Both the position numbers and the translations under genes were made by a program. A DNA stretch of 63,813 nucleotides, the filler included, from Hyphochytrium catenoides (taxonomy: Eukaryota > Protista > Hyphochytriomycota), in the NCBI GenBank assembly GCA_900088475.1. It is 10 parts of 10 records of this genome, joined end to end, with 100 filler letters (N's around TTAATTAATTAA, not from the genome) between each part and the next. Parts side by side here need not be neighbours in the genome. Positions count along the whole stretch, not along the records: positions 1 to 19,862 come from FLMG01000730.1; positions 19,963 to 45,587 come from FLMG01002559.1; 8 more parts are not named here. The stretch is one strand, 5' to 3'. Under the pieces are notes generated by a model, which saw only the letters and a list, made by a program, of their open reading frames with translations, did not search any database and was not told where the DNA came from. Below, in pieces: positions 10,942 through 23,829 of this stretch; position 1 is the stretch's first letter; each line of letters opens with the position of its first letter.

Positions 10942-13900
10942 ATGGGAAACGCAGAGAGCAGTCCCGGCGTGTACCCTGACCCTGCGCGGTATCCAAAGCT
11001 GATAGGGGAAGAAGAGACAGCAGAACCTTCTCCTCTCTCTTCTTCTTTCTCCTTCAGCAGCTGGTTTTCTTTCCTGGGCCTTGCAGGGGACACGGCCAGC
11101 CCTTACTCAGAGTTTGCCCGGCTGCCTGAGGACAGGGAGATGGTGAAGCTACTGATCCTACAGAAGAAGCTGTACACTCGGCTTATAGAGAAAGAGGAGG
11201 TGAAAGGCTCTCTCCCTCTCCCTCCCTCTCTCTCCCTCTTTCTCTCTCTCCTTTTCCCTCCTTTTGCTTGTTCTATGGCTGCTCTCTTTACGTGTTCCCT
11301 TCCTTCACACTCCCTATCTGTCTGTCTCGGATATTTTGTCTTCCTACCGTTATAGCTCCCCTTCTCAGTCTCTTTCTCTCTTTCTCTGTCTCTTTCTCTG
11401 CCCCTGGGTCTTTTTTCAGACGAGAGCAAGTCTAGGCAAGCTGGCTCTCTCTTTTCCTTCTCCCTATTTCTCTCTGAGTTTCTTTGTCTTTCTTGGTCTT
11501 CTTTGGGATCTCTAACAGCTGTCTCTCCTCTTTACACTTTCCCTTCTGGGGCTCCCTCAGCATGTGGCGCTGTTACGGCGGCTTTGGAACAGCCTGACTA
11601 ACAGTTCTAAGGTAACCGCAGCTGTCTTTGCTTATCAGTCCTTCGTCACACTTTTGTCTTGTTGTTCCAATCTCTCTCTCTCTCTCTGTCTCTCTCTATT
11701 CTCTCTTTTTGTCGCGTTCTCTCTTCTGACTTTTGTCCCTACCCCACCCCACCCTCTCCCCCTCTCCCTCCCTCTCTGTCTTTTTGTTTGTCTGTCTCTG
11801 TATCTCTGTTTCTCTCTCTCTACTCTTTCTCTCTTTTCTCTCTCTCTCTCTCTGTCTGTGTCTGTGTCTGTTCCTCCCCCTTCACCCTACTCCATCCTCA
11901 CATCTATATCGTCTTCTTCCTCACAATATGTGCCTCACATTCTGCAATGCTTTCTTTTTTGGTATGTTCCGCAACTAACGTAGAGACTGTGACCTTCTTT
12001 CGTTTCTCAGCCGTTCCAGCGCTTTAGTCCTCTTTGGGAGGAGCTCGGCTTCAGCTCTTCCAATCCAGGTCCCGAGCTTCGGGGCGGTGGACAGGTAAAT
12101 AGGAGGAGAAGTGAAGGAAAGATGTTTCTTGTGGTCCCTCCTTTGATGGCTTTGTATCGGCAGGCTGTAGGGTCTACAGTCTCTTACGTACTCTCTCTCT
12201 CTCTCTCTCTTTCGATCTTCTCTCTTCCCCGTTCTCTCTCTCTATCTCTCTCTCTCTCTTCTTCCCTTGTTCTTCGTCTCAATCATTATGTCTCCTCTCA
12301 CGCCTCAAGCTGGGACTAGAATGCTTGGTTTACTTCTCTGAGCGCTATCCCGCGGAAGCACGGATGATGATCCGGCCTCAGCACTATCCCTGGGCCCTCA
12401 TGGCAGTGAAGATCACCAATGCCATTGCCCAGGTCTTCCACCTCAGAAATCCCGAGGGCAGAAGAGGTACAAGGCGTTCTCTCTCTCTGTCTCGGTCTCG
12501 CTCGGTCTCGCTCTCTGTCTCTCTCGCTTTGTCTCTCTCTCTCTCTGTCTCTCTCTCTCACTGCTCTGCTATTACAGACAAGAATCGGTTGCCAGAGTTC
12601 TCTTCCGCTCTCTCTCTCTTATTTCTCCCCCTCTGCTGTCTCTCGCCTTTTGTTCTTCAACCTTTGTCTCCATCTTCTTTTTTGTCTCTCTCCGTCTCTT
12701 CTGGCCCCTTCTCTCACTGTCTCTCTCTTCTATCTCTTTCTCTCTCTCTCTGCTCTCGGACACACCCACACCCACACGGACACCTCTATACTTCTGCAGC
12801 AGCGATATATCATCCCTTTCTTAAGCTGAGGCCACATTCTTTCTGCCCTTGCTTCTTTCTCCTTTCTCTTCTCTTAGCAATACCTGCTGCAAGCTTCTCC
12901 CCTAACGTTAGCTCTCTGTGTCCGTCGTCCTTGTCACTTCAGGACCCTTCCCCTGCACAAAGACTGTATACTGGCACGTTTTAGAAGATGAACTCGACTT
13001 CTTCAATCTCTTCTGCTTCTCTCTCTTCGTGATCGATGATATTTATATTGAGGCTTGCAGAAAGTCTAAGGTAACTCTTTTTCTTGGTACATTTTCATGT
13101 TTACTGTCTCTCCATGGAACCTTCCGCCGCTTTGTCTCTCTTAGAATGATCTCTGTCTCTCTGTCTCCCCCTTTTCTCTCTCCCTCTATGTCTTGCTCTC
13201 TCTCTCTCTCCTTGTGTCTCCCCACTTGCCTCTGGGTGTCTGTTGCTCTCCCTTCCTCTTTTGGTCTGTCGGCTCTTACTTCTTCTCTGCATCAAATAAA
13301 ACTATCATCCAGAACCTGAAGGCTACGTGGGCCCAGCACCCAGAGATGATAGCGGAGGTCAGTGCAGCCTCCGCCCTTTGTTTCTCTCGATTCTTCTCCT
13401 CCCTTTGCCTTCCCCAACCCCCAACCAATACCATCATCCCCTTCCTTTCTTTCTCTCTCTCTCTCTCTCTCTGTCACTTTCTCCCTATATGTTCGCACCC
13501 TCACTCTCTTGACTTCTTCTGACTTGAGATTTTCCCCGACACTGTTCTTCTTGCGGTCCGCCTTGTTCCTCTCCCTGTTCACTGATGTTTCCCAAAGCTC
13601 TATCATTCTGCTTAGTGCTAGATGGCCGCGCAATCTCTCTCCCTCTCTCTCTTTCTCTCTCTCTCTCCTAATTTTCCAATCTCACTCTCTCTCTCCTTTC
13701 TCTTTAGTTCGAAGGCCTCCTTCTCACACGCTGTACCATCTTTCTCTTTGTCTCTCTTAGTTTAGAGAAAAGCTACTGTCCGCTCTGAGTCAGGGACCAC
13801 AGAAAATTTCAGACCTGCAATACATCCGAACCGCAGGTAGATTGCTCTCATATCGGCTGTACCCTTTGGATGAGTAATCCTCTGTCTCTCTCCCTCGTTC

Positions 13901-14608
13901 CTCCGATTCTTGGTCTCTCTTGCCCTCGAGTCCTCTCCCTCCAGCACCCTTCTCTCTCGCTCTCGCTCTGTCTCTCGCTCTCTCTCATTCGCTCTCGGCT
14001 CTCTCTAGGCGTGGCTCGCCCTGTCTTTCTCTATCCTCTCTCTCTATCTCCTCTGCTTTCGCAATCTCTTATTCTTATATAAAGAGATTTTCTCTTTATG
14101 GTCCTTTCCTGTTCCCACTCCTTCCTGCTTTATTCGCTTTCTGCTATCCTCAAAGGCAAGCTGCCTCTGATCCCAAATCAACCTCGCCTGTCGCTACTTC
14201 TATTGACGCATTCTCTCCAATGTTCTGTCGCACCAAAGGCGCTCTACCTTCAAATCTATGGAGCCGGGAGGGCACTGTCCCGATGGGTGTCTGTGAGTAC
14301 TCGAGAAAGGGCTGGAAGGCGGTGGGTAAGAAGCAAGAAAGAGGAATGAAGAGGCTGCAGTCCACGTGAGTACCTTCTTTCTTGCGAGTGCTTATGATGC
14401 TCTCTTTCTCTCTTCGATCCCTTCTCGTGACCCTAGCTCTTCTCTTTCTTCACTGGTGTTGACTCGCTCGTCAGTTCCTAGGGTTAGCTCACCCGTGGAT
14501 TGTTTCTCTTGCAGACCTTGACATTTCCCCTATCGGTCGGTCTTCTTTCTTTCTTTCTCTCTCTCTGTATGTATTCTAACGCTTTATTTATTTATTTCTT
14601 ACTTTCTT

Positions 14609-14643
<35 letters not shown>

Positions 14644-16745
14644 CCTCCTTTTGCCCTAAACACTTCTTTCTCCCTCTTTCACCGCGTAGTGCTTGGGCAT
14701 CGGCGCCTTTCTCGCAAGAGGACAATGAACAGTCGCTACTCTCCGAATGCAAGAAAGCCATTCCATCTCTCTCCTCCTGGAAGAGCCAGCCCGAGGAGAG
14801 GGAGAGAGAGACGGAAGGGTCCCTCTTCGAGAATAGTAACAGAATGGCTGATCCCTTCGGGCAAACAGAGGACGAAAGAAGGACCGGGCCTATGCCAGCG
14901 ATATCTGTTGAAGAGGGTAAGAGGGAAGGGGAAAGAGAAGGGGAGAGAGAGAGAGCGGCTGAGAACACATTGGAAGAAGAAGGAGAGGATGAGGAAGAAG
15001 ATAGGACCGAAGGGCGGAGCAGTACTGAGAGTCTAGGGCACGGGGCGAGAGCGGATCTCTTCGCTGGTCTCACGACGAAGAACTATCAAGAGCTTGTGTT
15101 CGATGGTACGTCCTGATCAGGACTTCAGCCACTGGGGACGGGGGAAGGGTTCCTCGCTTTCCTACCTATCTTGTACTCTTCACGTCTCTCTCGCCCCCTC
15201 GCTCTGTGTTGTTTGGGTGTGACACTGTCTCCCTCTCAAGTCCACTGTCACGCTCTTCCTCTGTCTCTCGATGCGCTCAGCGCTTCTTTCTTCATTGTGA
15301 TCTTCTCCATCGCGTCTTGTGTCTTCTCTTTCTCGCCTCTCTCTGTCTCTCTTTTCACCCCAGTCACGTTCTACTTCTCTTCCCTTACCTCCATGCTCTA
15401 AAACTATCATTCTTTCCCTCCTCAGCTCCAACCCCTAACCCTCGAGAGGAGTTAAGCTCTGAAGAGTCTGTCCCCCCGTCTCCCTCTCTCTCGACACCCA
15501 CCAGTAGTATGGAGTCTCCGCTCTTTCAGGTGAGATTGTGCCTCTCCCTTATAAAGCGCAATCTATTCTCCACTAGCTCTATGTCTTTCTTACCTGCAGC
15601 TCATGTCTCTCTCTCTCTCTCTCTCTCTCTGTCTGTCTCTCTCTCTTCCTTCGCTTTTATAAGTTTCTGTCCTTTCTGCTCCGTTTTTGAGCCTATTCCT
15701 CTTGCCTGCCTTTCGTGTTCCTCTCTCTGTTTGCCTTGGGGTTGAGTTGCTGCCTACATGCTCTGCAAGACTGTCATCTGCCTTACAATCTCCGGTTAGG
15801 ACTTTTTGGATATAACTCGAGGAGAGGCGGAGCTCTCCAAACAGAAGGAAGTGGAAGAGGCTCTAGCGATAGAGCGAGGAAGGAGGCTAGATCTGCAGCG
15901 AAAAGTGGAGACAGCTGTTGAGATGGTTAGCCGCACCTTTGCTGCTTTAGCTCATGTCCTTTTCCTCTACCTCTTTTCCTTCCTCCGCTGCCGTCCTCGT
16001 CCTCTCTCTCCCTCGTTATCTCTCTCGCTCCTCGCTTCTCCGTGTCTGAGTGCAATACCTACTTTCTACTGGGCATGCGTGCGAGCCTTTGCGCCTCTTC
16101 CTGGCCAGGCTACTGATGGTTTATCCTCATTCCCTAGTCTTCTCCTCGTCTGTCGTCTCACCCTCGGATCCTATCTTTGTGCTGATAGTGGAAGGCAAGG
16201 CACACAACCGTGCGAAGCCAACTGGCTCATCTATCGGAGATACTTTGGCCTGGCGCGAGGTGGAAGGATGTTGAGGAGAAAGAGCTTGTTGAGCCCGAAA
16301 GGGTACGTGTGGCCTTGAACGAGGCACACATTCTCCTTCCTTTGTTCCCACTTCATAACTTACGTCTCAATTTTCTGGCCCTTGGGCTCTTTATCAGAAT
16401 GGTCTATTTTGACTTAGTAGCCCCGGTTAATCTTTGCATCTTGCTTTCTATTGCAGCTATTCATCTGCTATTCATGGTGCTATTGCGTGACTGCTAACGC
16501 TCTGTAAGAGCCTGAGGTCTCTGTAACGCTTATTTCTTTTCTCTATCAGCCAATTTCCTTATTATCTCCTTTACCATGCTCCTATCTAGGTCAAGAGAGT
16601 ATTTAGAAAGGCGATGGTGGTCGTTCACCCAGATCGTTGCGTGACGCTGACAGAGGAGCAGCAACTGCTTGCACTTGCCATCCATACGGAGCTCGACCGC
16701 ACCTGGGACATCTTTGATCGCATGGAATATAGCTTCGGCTTATAA
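10942..16745 (+). CDS. ELMO/CED-12 (ELMOD-type) domain protein fused to a C-terminal auxilin-type J domain, 13 exons
   Basis: All exon phases are compatible. N-terminus MGNAES (myristoylation-like). ELMO motifs: LLRRLWNSL, WEELGFSSSNPGPELRGGGQ|LGLECLVYF and YPWALMAVKIT. The acidic linker has DPF and DLF. C-terminus: WKARH..VRSQLAHLSEILWPGARWKDV...|VKRVFRKAMVVVHPDR...WDIF. TAA at 16743-16745. Confidence 0.85.
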
Positions 16746-17235
16746 ATGTAATATGACCATGACGATATCGGTAACCTTGTGATTCCTTACCGTATGGAGA
16801 CGTATAGAGCCAGGAAGTGTGGGACTATCCAGAATGACTGAAAGCGGGGATCAAGAGATTGGCTAAATAGAAGACAAAGATAGACACTCTGGAAGTCTTT
16901 ATATTAACTCTAAGGATACATGGCCTGAGGCTGATACTCTGAGGCTACCGTGATAACCCTCATGTGTCGCATCAAACAACAACTACGGATCAAGGGGAAC
17001 AGAGGCTCTGCCCACACTCCATTCTCAGCCGTCAGTCACAGCGATGAGTAACCTAATAAACGGTAGACCTGACAAACAAAAAGTGGCTACTGCGCGCTGG
17101 CCTCTTTGCCCAAGAAATCCAATAACCAATCTCTGATTGAACTCAGTCTTCAGATAAAAAAGCCGGTAAATGCCTACATTGATCTGGCTGTCGTGGTATA
17201 ATTACCAATTGTAATCCCTCCTGTCCGTACAGCGG

Positions 17236-17307
17236 GCGGATGTCGTATAGAGGTTAGTACTTCACGTTGTGGCCGTGACAACCTGGGTTCGATTCCCAGC
17301 ATCCGCA
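17236..17307 (+). tRNA. tRNA-His(GTG)
   Basis: Acceptor stem GCGGATG/CATCCGC; anticodon arm TCACG-TTGTGGC-CGTGA; T arm CTGGG-TTCGATT-CCCAG; T7 Pol III terminator at 17311-17317. Confidence 0.95.
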
Positions 17308-19828
17308 AAATTTTTTTCTCCATCACCGTCATGAAGGTTTCGCGTGAAAGCTTCCATCACACGTATCTTGCCATTGAAAGGGCTTTACAGAGTAACAAAA
17401 AGAAAGATTTCCGCGAAAGCTTCAGAGCTGACTTTTTGGAGCTACCTGACCTCTCTAAACAACATGTGCTCTCATTCCGAATCCAGAAAGCTCTAGCAAT
17501 GCTGGAGCGGTAAATAATACTATTTGATCATGAATAGACTTTGCAAGAGATTTGCCCCCTTTTGCTCCATCCATTTTGGAAACAGTCTTCAGCTTGTGGG
17601 ATCCTTTCACGCTATATATACTGCTACGCTCTCCATCGATACAGGTAAGACCGTACTTATACAGGATCATTTCTATAGTACAGTCTCCTGTCTTGTTTAT
17701 TCTAAACAAGACAACTCTTCCAACCTTGATGATCGGCCCTGACTACTGCCATTGACGTGGGATGTGAGCCTCTGGCGATGCTTTGGCATCTGCTGCAGGC
17801 TGTTGATGAACGTCCCCTGCCCCATTCCAGGCAGGGTGAGTGGTAGTAGTGGTATGAGAGGTTCCCCCTTTCTCTCTTCTTTCTTTGTTCTCTATATTCT
17901 GTCCCTTCGTCCCTACCCTGTCCAGCCATCGCCGGACCGACTATCTACCACTCTCTCTCGTGACTATGACTTCACTTACCTCTCACACCTGTCCTGCTCT
18001 CTCATGTCGCAGTTCTATCTGTTAAACTCTCTGCTGCTGGCTCGGTCGCCTTTAATTAGCAGGACACTAGCCTTTCAACAATAAGGGGGAGCATTAGGGT
18101 TGCAGTGGCCATTATCTCCTGGTGCTGCTGCTGTTTGAACCTTCTCAAGAGAGTATCTATGCTTTCAGGTGCTTGACCAGCAAGGGACTGATATGACTCG
18201 CTTGGCAGCAGGCTGATGGTTGGCGCACGGGGAGCATGACAACCTCCTGGCACCGCAGGCAGGCTGATCCCTCCGTTTGCCAGCCCTATCTTGCAGGCTT
18301 TTTCTATGCAACTACTTCGGTCGTCGTTCTGCGTTCACTCAACTCATTGTTGTTGCTGTTCTCGGCCTTCTTCTTCTTCTTCCTTTGCCTTCAGCTTTTA
18401 TTGTCGTAGTAGCACCACTGATAAATGAAAGCCGCCGAGCGCTGCTAGCGCTTCATAGCATGGTGATGGTTAGGTAGAAGGATGATGATGTTCGTCGTTT
18501 CTGTGGGAGAGGAGGGCGGGAGGGGAGACGACGAGGGTGGTGGTGATTTACCAAGCTTCCCTCATCAGCATCAAAAGTAATGTAGATCTCTTTTCATCTC
18601 TACTTTTTTAGACTACTACAGCCAACGCAGCAGAAAGATGGCAATGTCTCCCCGCGAGTTGCCATTCCTTCCGCCTCTCTTTTTGAAAGCGGCCGCGCTC
18701 TTTCTTGCAAAAGGAAAAGAGCTGTGCTGCTGATGGTGCGAGTGACGATGAGATCATAACTCTGTAGAGCGCTAGCAGGACAATAATATAGAGGGCTGTT
18801 TGTTCCTGCTTCTCACTTATGATGCTACTCTTCTCATGATGATTTCCAGTCTTTTTTTCTCTCAAAAGACAAGCGCCCAAAGTCATCAAAGAGCTATGAG
18901 GCCCTCTCTGCGGCCTTCAAGAAAGAAGAGATCAACCTATTCCTTATTACCTCCTCCGTCGTCGTAAAGTAGCTGTTGCATCAAAAAGAATCTTCATCAT
19001 TATTGTCCATGTCGTCGAAGAAAGGAGAATATTCCTACATATCTCCCTTTACCCTCACTTACTCTCATCATTCATAAGCTCCCGCTTCCTTCGCAACAAA
19101 TAGTAAGCGCCAGATGCCACCACACCTCTAGTAGTGCTAATTGTTACAAAGGGACGATGGGCAAGAAGGGCAACCCTACCAAGGTTATTTATAGCTAGCC
19201 CTAATAATCATCAATTATTATTTTTCTCATGAGCGCTCATCATGCCACAGCTGTTGCTTGCCCTCCGCAGCATCTCAATAAGATGCCCAACATTCGTCCT
19301 CTCTACGCACCACCACCCTAGTCGTAATGCAGGGTCATCATCATCAATCCCATGCGGTCGTCGGCCAACAACAATAACTCCAATTGCTACCATCACCCAT
19401 ACCAGCAGCAACAAGCACCACGAACAGCGATAGCAGCAGCTAGACAGAATAATGAGGGTCAGCAGCAAGTGCTTGGATGTATATATTTATACGCCGCATC
19501 ATCATCAAATAAACAATAAAATGTCTGCTGCTCCAGCAAATGGCGGTGGGTGGTTGGTAGGTGACCGCCGCCGCAGCAGCAACAGGCAGGCAGCAGCGAT
19601 AGCTTCTTTGAATCCTGGATGATGGCGATGATGATGCTCTACTTAGTAGTAGTCCCGCAGCAAGCAATAGCAGCTAATAATATTTCTTCATAGGAAAAAA
19701 TATCTACAAAGTACAGAGTGGCCGTGAAGAGAAATTCTTAGGCTTGGCCACCGAAAATAATTTATTATAGTAATAAACTATACCAAAATTAACCCCATGG
19801 GAAGGGTTGAAAAGCGATGAAAAAGTTT

Positions 19829-19862
19829 TGCGGATGCTGGGAATCGAACCCAGGTTGTCACG
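19829..19862 (-). tRNA. 3' half of a second tRNA-His(GTG), truncated by the contig end
   Basis: The reverse complement, CGTGACAACCTGGGTTCGATTCCCAGCATCCGCA, is identical to the 3' half of the 17236 copy and is followed by a T run. Confidence 0.85.
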
Positions 19863-19962
19863 NNNNNNNNNNNNNNNNNNNNNNNNNNNNNNNNNNNNNN
19901 NNNNNNTTAATTAATTAANNNNNNNNNNNNNNNNNNNNNNNNNNNNNNNNNNNNNNNNNNNN
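19863..19962. other. Artificial contig linker; the same linker occurs at 45588, 48362, 52890, 56818, 58091, 59459, 61505 and 62638
   Basis: N44-TTAATTAATTAA-N44, which has stop codons in all six frames. Confidence 0.99.
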
Positions 19963-20885
19963 ATTCAGTAGAATCTGTTGCACACAGGAGAGTGGGACCT
20001 ACACTGCCACCTTTCTTTATCCATTGTAAGATATTATCGGTTATCACTTCTGTTACCTTCTTTGTTGTCTGTGTCTCTAGTGATCACGTTAGCAGTTAGG
20101 TCAGTATGCAGAGGCAGATGGGTCCTTCTCCCGAGTGTTCAATATTGATGAACAAGCTAGTTGTGTCATGGTTCGCTGAGTCCTGCGAAAGACCAAGGAC
20201 CTGATGCCGGTGTTCCACTCCTGCTGGACATCACGATGACTCTCGATCGCGGCTATTCTTAGTTGACCCTTTCGCCTAGCAATAACCACACCACCCTCTA
20301 TTTATACCCTGCTAGACTCTTAGTGAACTCTTCGTGAACATGCTTTCTTCTCTGAGCTACTACCGAAGTGTGGGCTAAGTAATGCTTATTGTGAAGCCTA
20401 CCTACCTATCATATCATCACTCTTAGGTAACCTCGCTGATCCTACGAACAAGAAGAACCGGTTCACAAGGCTCCTTTGAACAGTTCTTCAGCGATCATCA
20501 TGAAAGCCTTTATGAAGCCTTATATCCGGGTTACCTGATTTATCCATAAAGCGATAATGTCCTGTTCATCATTGGGCAACAGTCACCCTATATACCCATG
20601 AATACGTCTAGAATATGAATGCTGCTAATCTTGAATAAGTCCCCCTGTTTGGTTGGTGGGTGGTTGCGGCGAGCTGGCGATCCATCAGAACAGCGCGTCC
20701 AATGGCGATGAATGAACTCTTTCTTTTGAGCTCCTGCTGCTATTATTGAGCTCTGCATCTCTTCCTCCCACTGTCTGCAGCCTAGAGCCTCGCTGTCAAG
20801 TGAAGACGTAGTCTGGTACTCTATACAAGCAGCTCGCAAAGGCATTTTTTAGCGCTGGGTCGACCAGAAATAAGTGTAGGGTATC

Positions 20886-21523
20886 ATGTCAGACGTCGAG
20901 ACACCTAGCAAGAAGGACAAGGACTCCAAGTCCTACGAGGAGAAGGTTAAATACGTCTCCGCAATCTCGCAGCCCCTTGCTAGCAAGAAGCTTACGAAGA
21001 AGGTTTACAAAGTGGTAAAGAAAGGTGAGTCTGCCTTGAAACGAAGGAGGATCTATGAGATGCTGACTTCCCTTGCAGCGTCCAAGGCGAAAGTAGTGAA
21101 GCGCGGTGTCAAAGAAGTGGTGAAGGCACTCAAGAAGGGCAACAAAGGGTACGCGATGTGTGAACAGACAAACAATTGTCGGATGACCTAAGCTCAAACT
21201 CGTTTCCATTCCTCTTAGACTGTGTATTGTTGCTGGAGACATCTCTCCAATTGACGTTATCTCACACTTGCCCATCCTGTGCGAAGAGGCCGGAGTCCCC
21301 TATGTCTATGTTCCATCAAAGGTACAGTAACCTACCGTCACCTAGGTCTTTCAATAGTGTTCTTGAACTAACGCTAGGTGTCTCCCAGTCTGACCTAGGA
21401 ACAGCAAGCTCGACAAAGCGTCCTACCAGCTGTATCTTGGTGGTACCTTCCAAAGAGTTCGACTCAAAGGACCTTCTGGACGAAGTCAAAGCCGAAGTTC
21501 AGGCGATAACACCAGCGTACTGA
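20886..21523 (+). CDS. NHP2: H/ACA ribonucleoprotein subunit NHP2 (L7Ae family), 4 exons
   Basis: Spliced protein: ISQPLASKKLTKKVYKVVKK|ASKAKVVKRGVKEVVKALKKG..|LCIVAGDISPIDVISHLPILCEEAGVPYVYVPSK|SDLGTASSTKRPTSCILV. Confidence 0.93.
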
Positions 21524-23490
21524 AGCATTTATCTCTTGCTCTAGCGACTGTCCTTATATAGCCATACGCGGTAGCGGCCCGCAAGTGAATCCGCGACCCT
21601 GCCACAGGGTGGAGACCTTTCTGCCGCTCCCAAACTCTGTATCAATAGTAGTTAACCCAATGCTATTCTCTCTTTTCTGGGAAATAGTCAGCCTTCTTTC
21701 TATCCTTGTGCCAATGCTGCTTGCTAACCGAGCTTTTAAGATGGTTACTTTATGAAAGCATCATTATTTCTCACTCCAAGGTGCCCATTCTCCGCGTGGC
21801 GCGCAAAGAGCAGTGGACAGTCGTGCGGGCTGACAAACGAGTTTCTACGTGGCTGCGTGTTATCTTATGCCACGCTTACTCCCTAATGCAAAACCTGTAT
21901 TGAAAGGCCCGTAGGATGTGGTTGGTCTAACGTCTTTAGTGATCCCCATTGCCATAGTATGCAGATCTACCCATAGACTGTCGTGCCTAATGGTCAAGTC
22001 CAGCCGCGACAGACAAGTCGGGGTATGGCATGGCGGACGACAACCCTAGAGAAAGGCCCCACTCCCGTCCACTAGAACATAGGCTACAGGCGCTGTCCCA
22101 CGCAATTGATGTTGAGCGCTGAACGCCTTGCCGAACAACTTGATGGTCCTTTGTGGTGGCTGAATATGAGCAGAGGCTCTTGACAACTAACTAGATCAAG
22201 CGAGCAGGATAACGGATAGGCAAGTAGGCTTTCACGCCGAGCTATAGCGAGAGCCTGCTCTCTTCATTCACTCTGTTGTTGTGAAGAGTATCAATACTTT
22301 AGCAAGACATTTGCGCGAGAGAAGAGGCCTCGAAAACTAATTGGGAGTAAGGGCGAGAGATCCTTGGCGGGGTCAGCTCACTGGGGATTGAGTTCAAGAG
22401 TAAAGCGGAGCGGACAGCATGGCTTCTTCACCAATCATCAGCTATCAAGAAAACTGAGTCTGTTTGTGCCTGTGACTCAGTTCAGCTTAGGCATTTTACT
22501 TTCATCTGCAAGCGCACAGTATGCGGTGCCTTTTGCGGCCTTTTGCGCTCAAGCTTAGTGGTTGTGAGAAGTGGAAGAAGGCGATGACGCGCAGAAAGGC
22601 TGCAAGATGGAGATAAGAAGCCGCCGTCCCAAGCTGCCGCCTGAGATGTCTCCACGCCAGCCAAACGGTTGCTTAAAATGTGTTGCCGTCTATAAAAGCG
22701 GTCATTATCTCTTTTGCCCTTTGGAGAGGAAGTCAACGCAATGGTCATCAGGAGGATTATCTTCCACGGGGAAAGGAGAAAGAAGAACAATAACGAGAGC
22801 TTTATTCGAACATGAAGAGCCCTCATACTAGGAACCTGCCTTTTACATGGGCCAATCTAGGCGCGGAACTTTTGTCTCTTCCTCTGTGGCGGCAAGAAGA
22901 CGCAATGGCAGTTGTTGAGCTGCGGCCATCATCTCCATCCTCAATCATCAATCACCGTTAGCAGTGATCGTGCCAGCGCCAGAGCAACAAGTTCACATCG
23001 GGAAGTGACAGGGGATGTGATTGTCGATTGTAAATAATAAGATCATCTGTTAATTCTTACAGTAAGTGATTATATGTGTGAGATAAACAACATTATCCTT
23101 ATATATTTTTTAACTCACTTGCGTTTGTTGACATTCGGGTTGAGAATTTACAGCTATTTTGGCAGTAAAAGACGGCTTTATGAGTGACAGGCTTGTTGGC
23201 TGACAGCTGATTGGGTGGAGCGGTAGGGAGGGAGTCACAGTCATGAGACAGAGCCAAACGAGCGACTACTGGACAACAGAGATAGGTTATCGCCTATTGT
23301 TTATAGGGTTAATTGCACAGACAGAGGGGTCTACAACTAGAAAGAGTCTTCGAGGTGGAGACTTGGGTAGGTTTGCTTTGGCCAGTGTGGTGCCTCATCA
23401 CCTGAGACTTCAACCTCATCATCAGAATGACAGGCGAGCCAGGGCAGTGCAGTGTAGGCGGCGCTTGGCTTGGAAGAGAGGCGGACAGCA

Positions 23491-23626
23491 AGAGACAGAG
23501 AGACAGAGAGAGAGAGAGACAAAGAGACAGAGAGACAGAGAGACAGAGAGACAGAGAGACAGAGAGACAGAGAGACAAAGAGACAGAGAGACAAAGAGAC
23601 AGACAGACAAAGAGAGGGAGACAGAG
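23491..23626 (+). repeat. (GACAGAGA)n octamer microsatellite upstream of CBS
   Basis: Tandem 8-bp units are visible directly. Confidence 0.9.
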
Positions 23627-23829
23627 ATAGAATGTGGCGAAGAGAGAGGAGGCACAGAGCGAGAGAGTGACAGAGATAGCCGTTCTGAAAGAGCCAGCAC
23701 TTGCAACGATAGCAGTGGAAACAGAGACATTGTTCTGGGCTCTGTGATAACACTCTCAGTCTCTCACTTTCTGCTTACGGCCAAACCTCTGAGGACTGCG
23801 GTTAGACAGAGTTGAGTCAAACGAGAACC

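Noticed and set aside
1-16000. Dozens of RE-rich and SL-rich ORFs in the ORF track
   Set aside because: They are translations of (GA)n/(CT)n intronic microsatellites, which lack stop codons.
21950-22850. Short ORFs between NHP2 and CBS
   Set aside because: No consistent splice model or recognisable motif.
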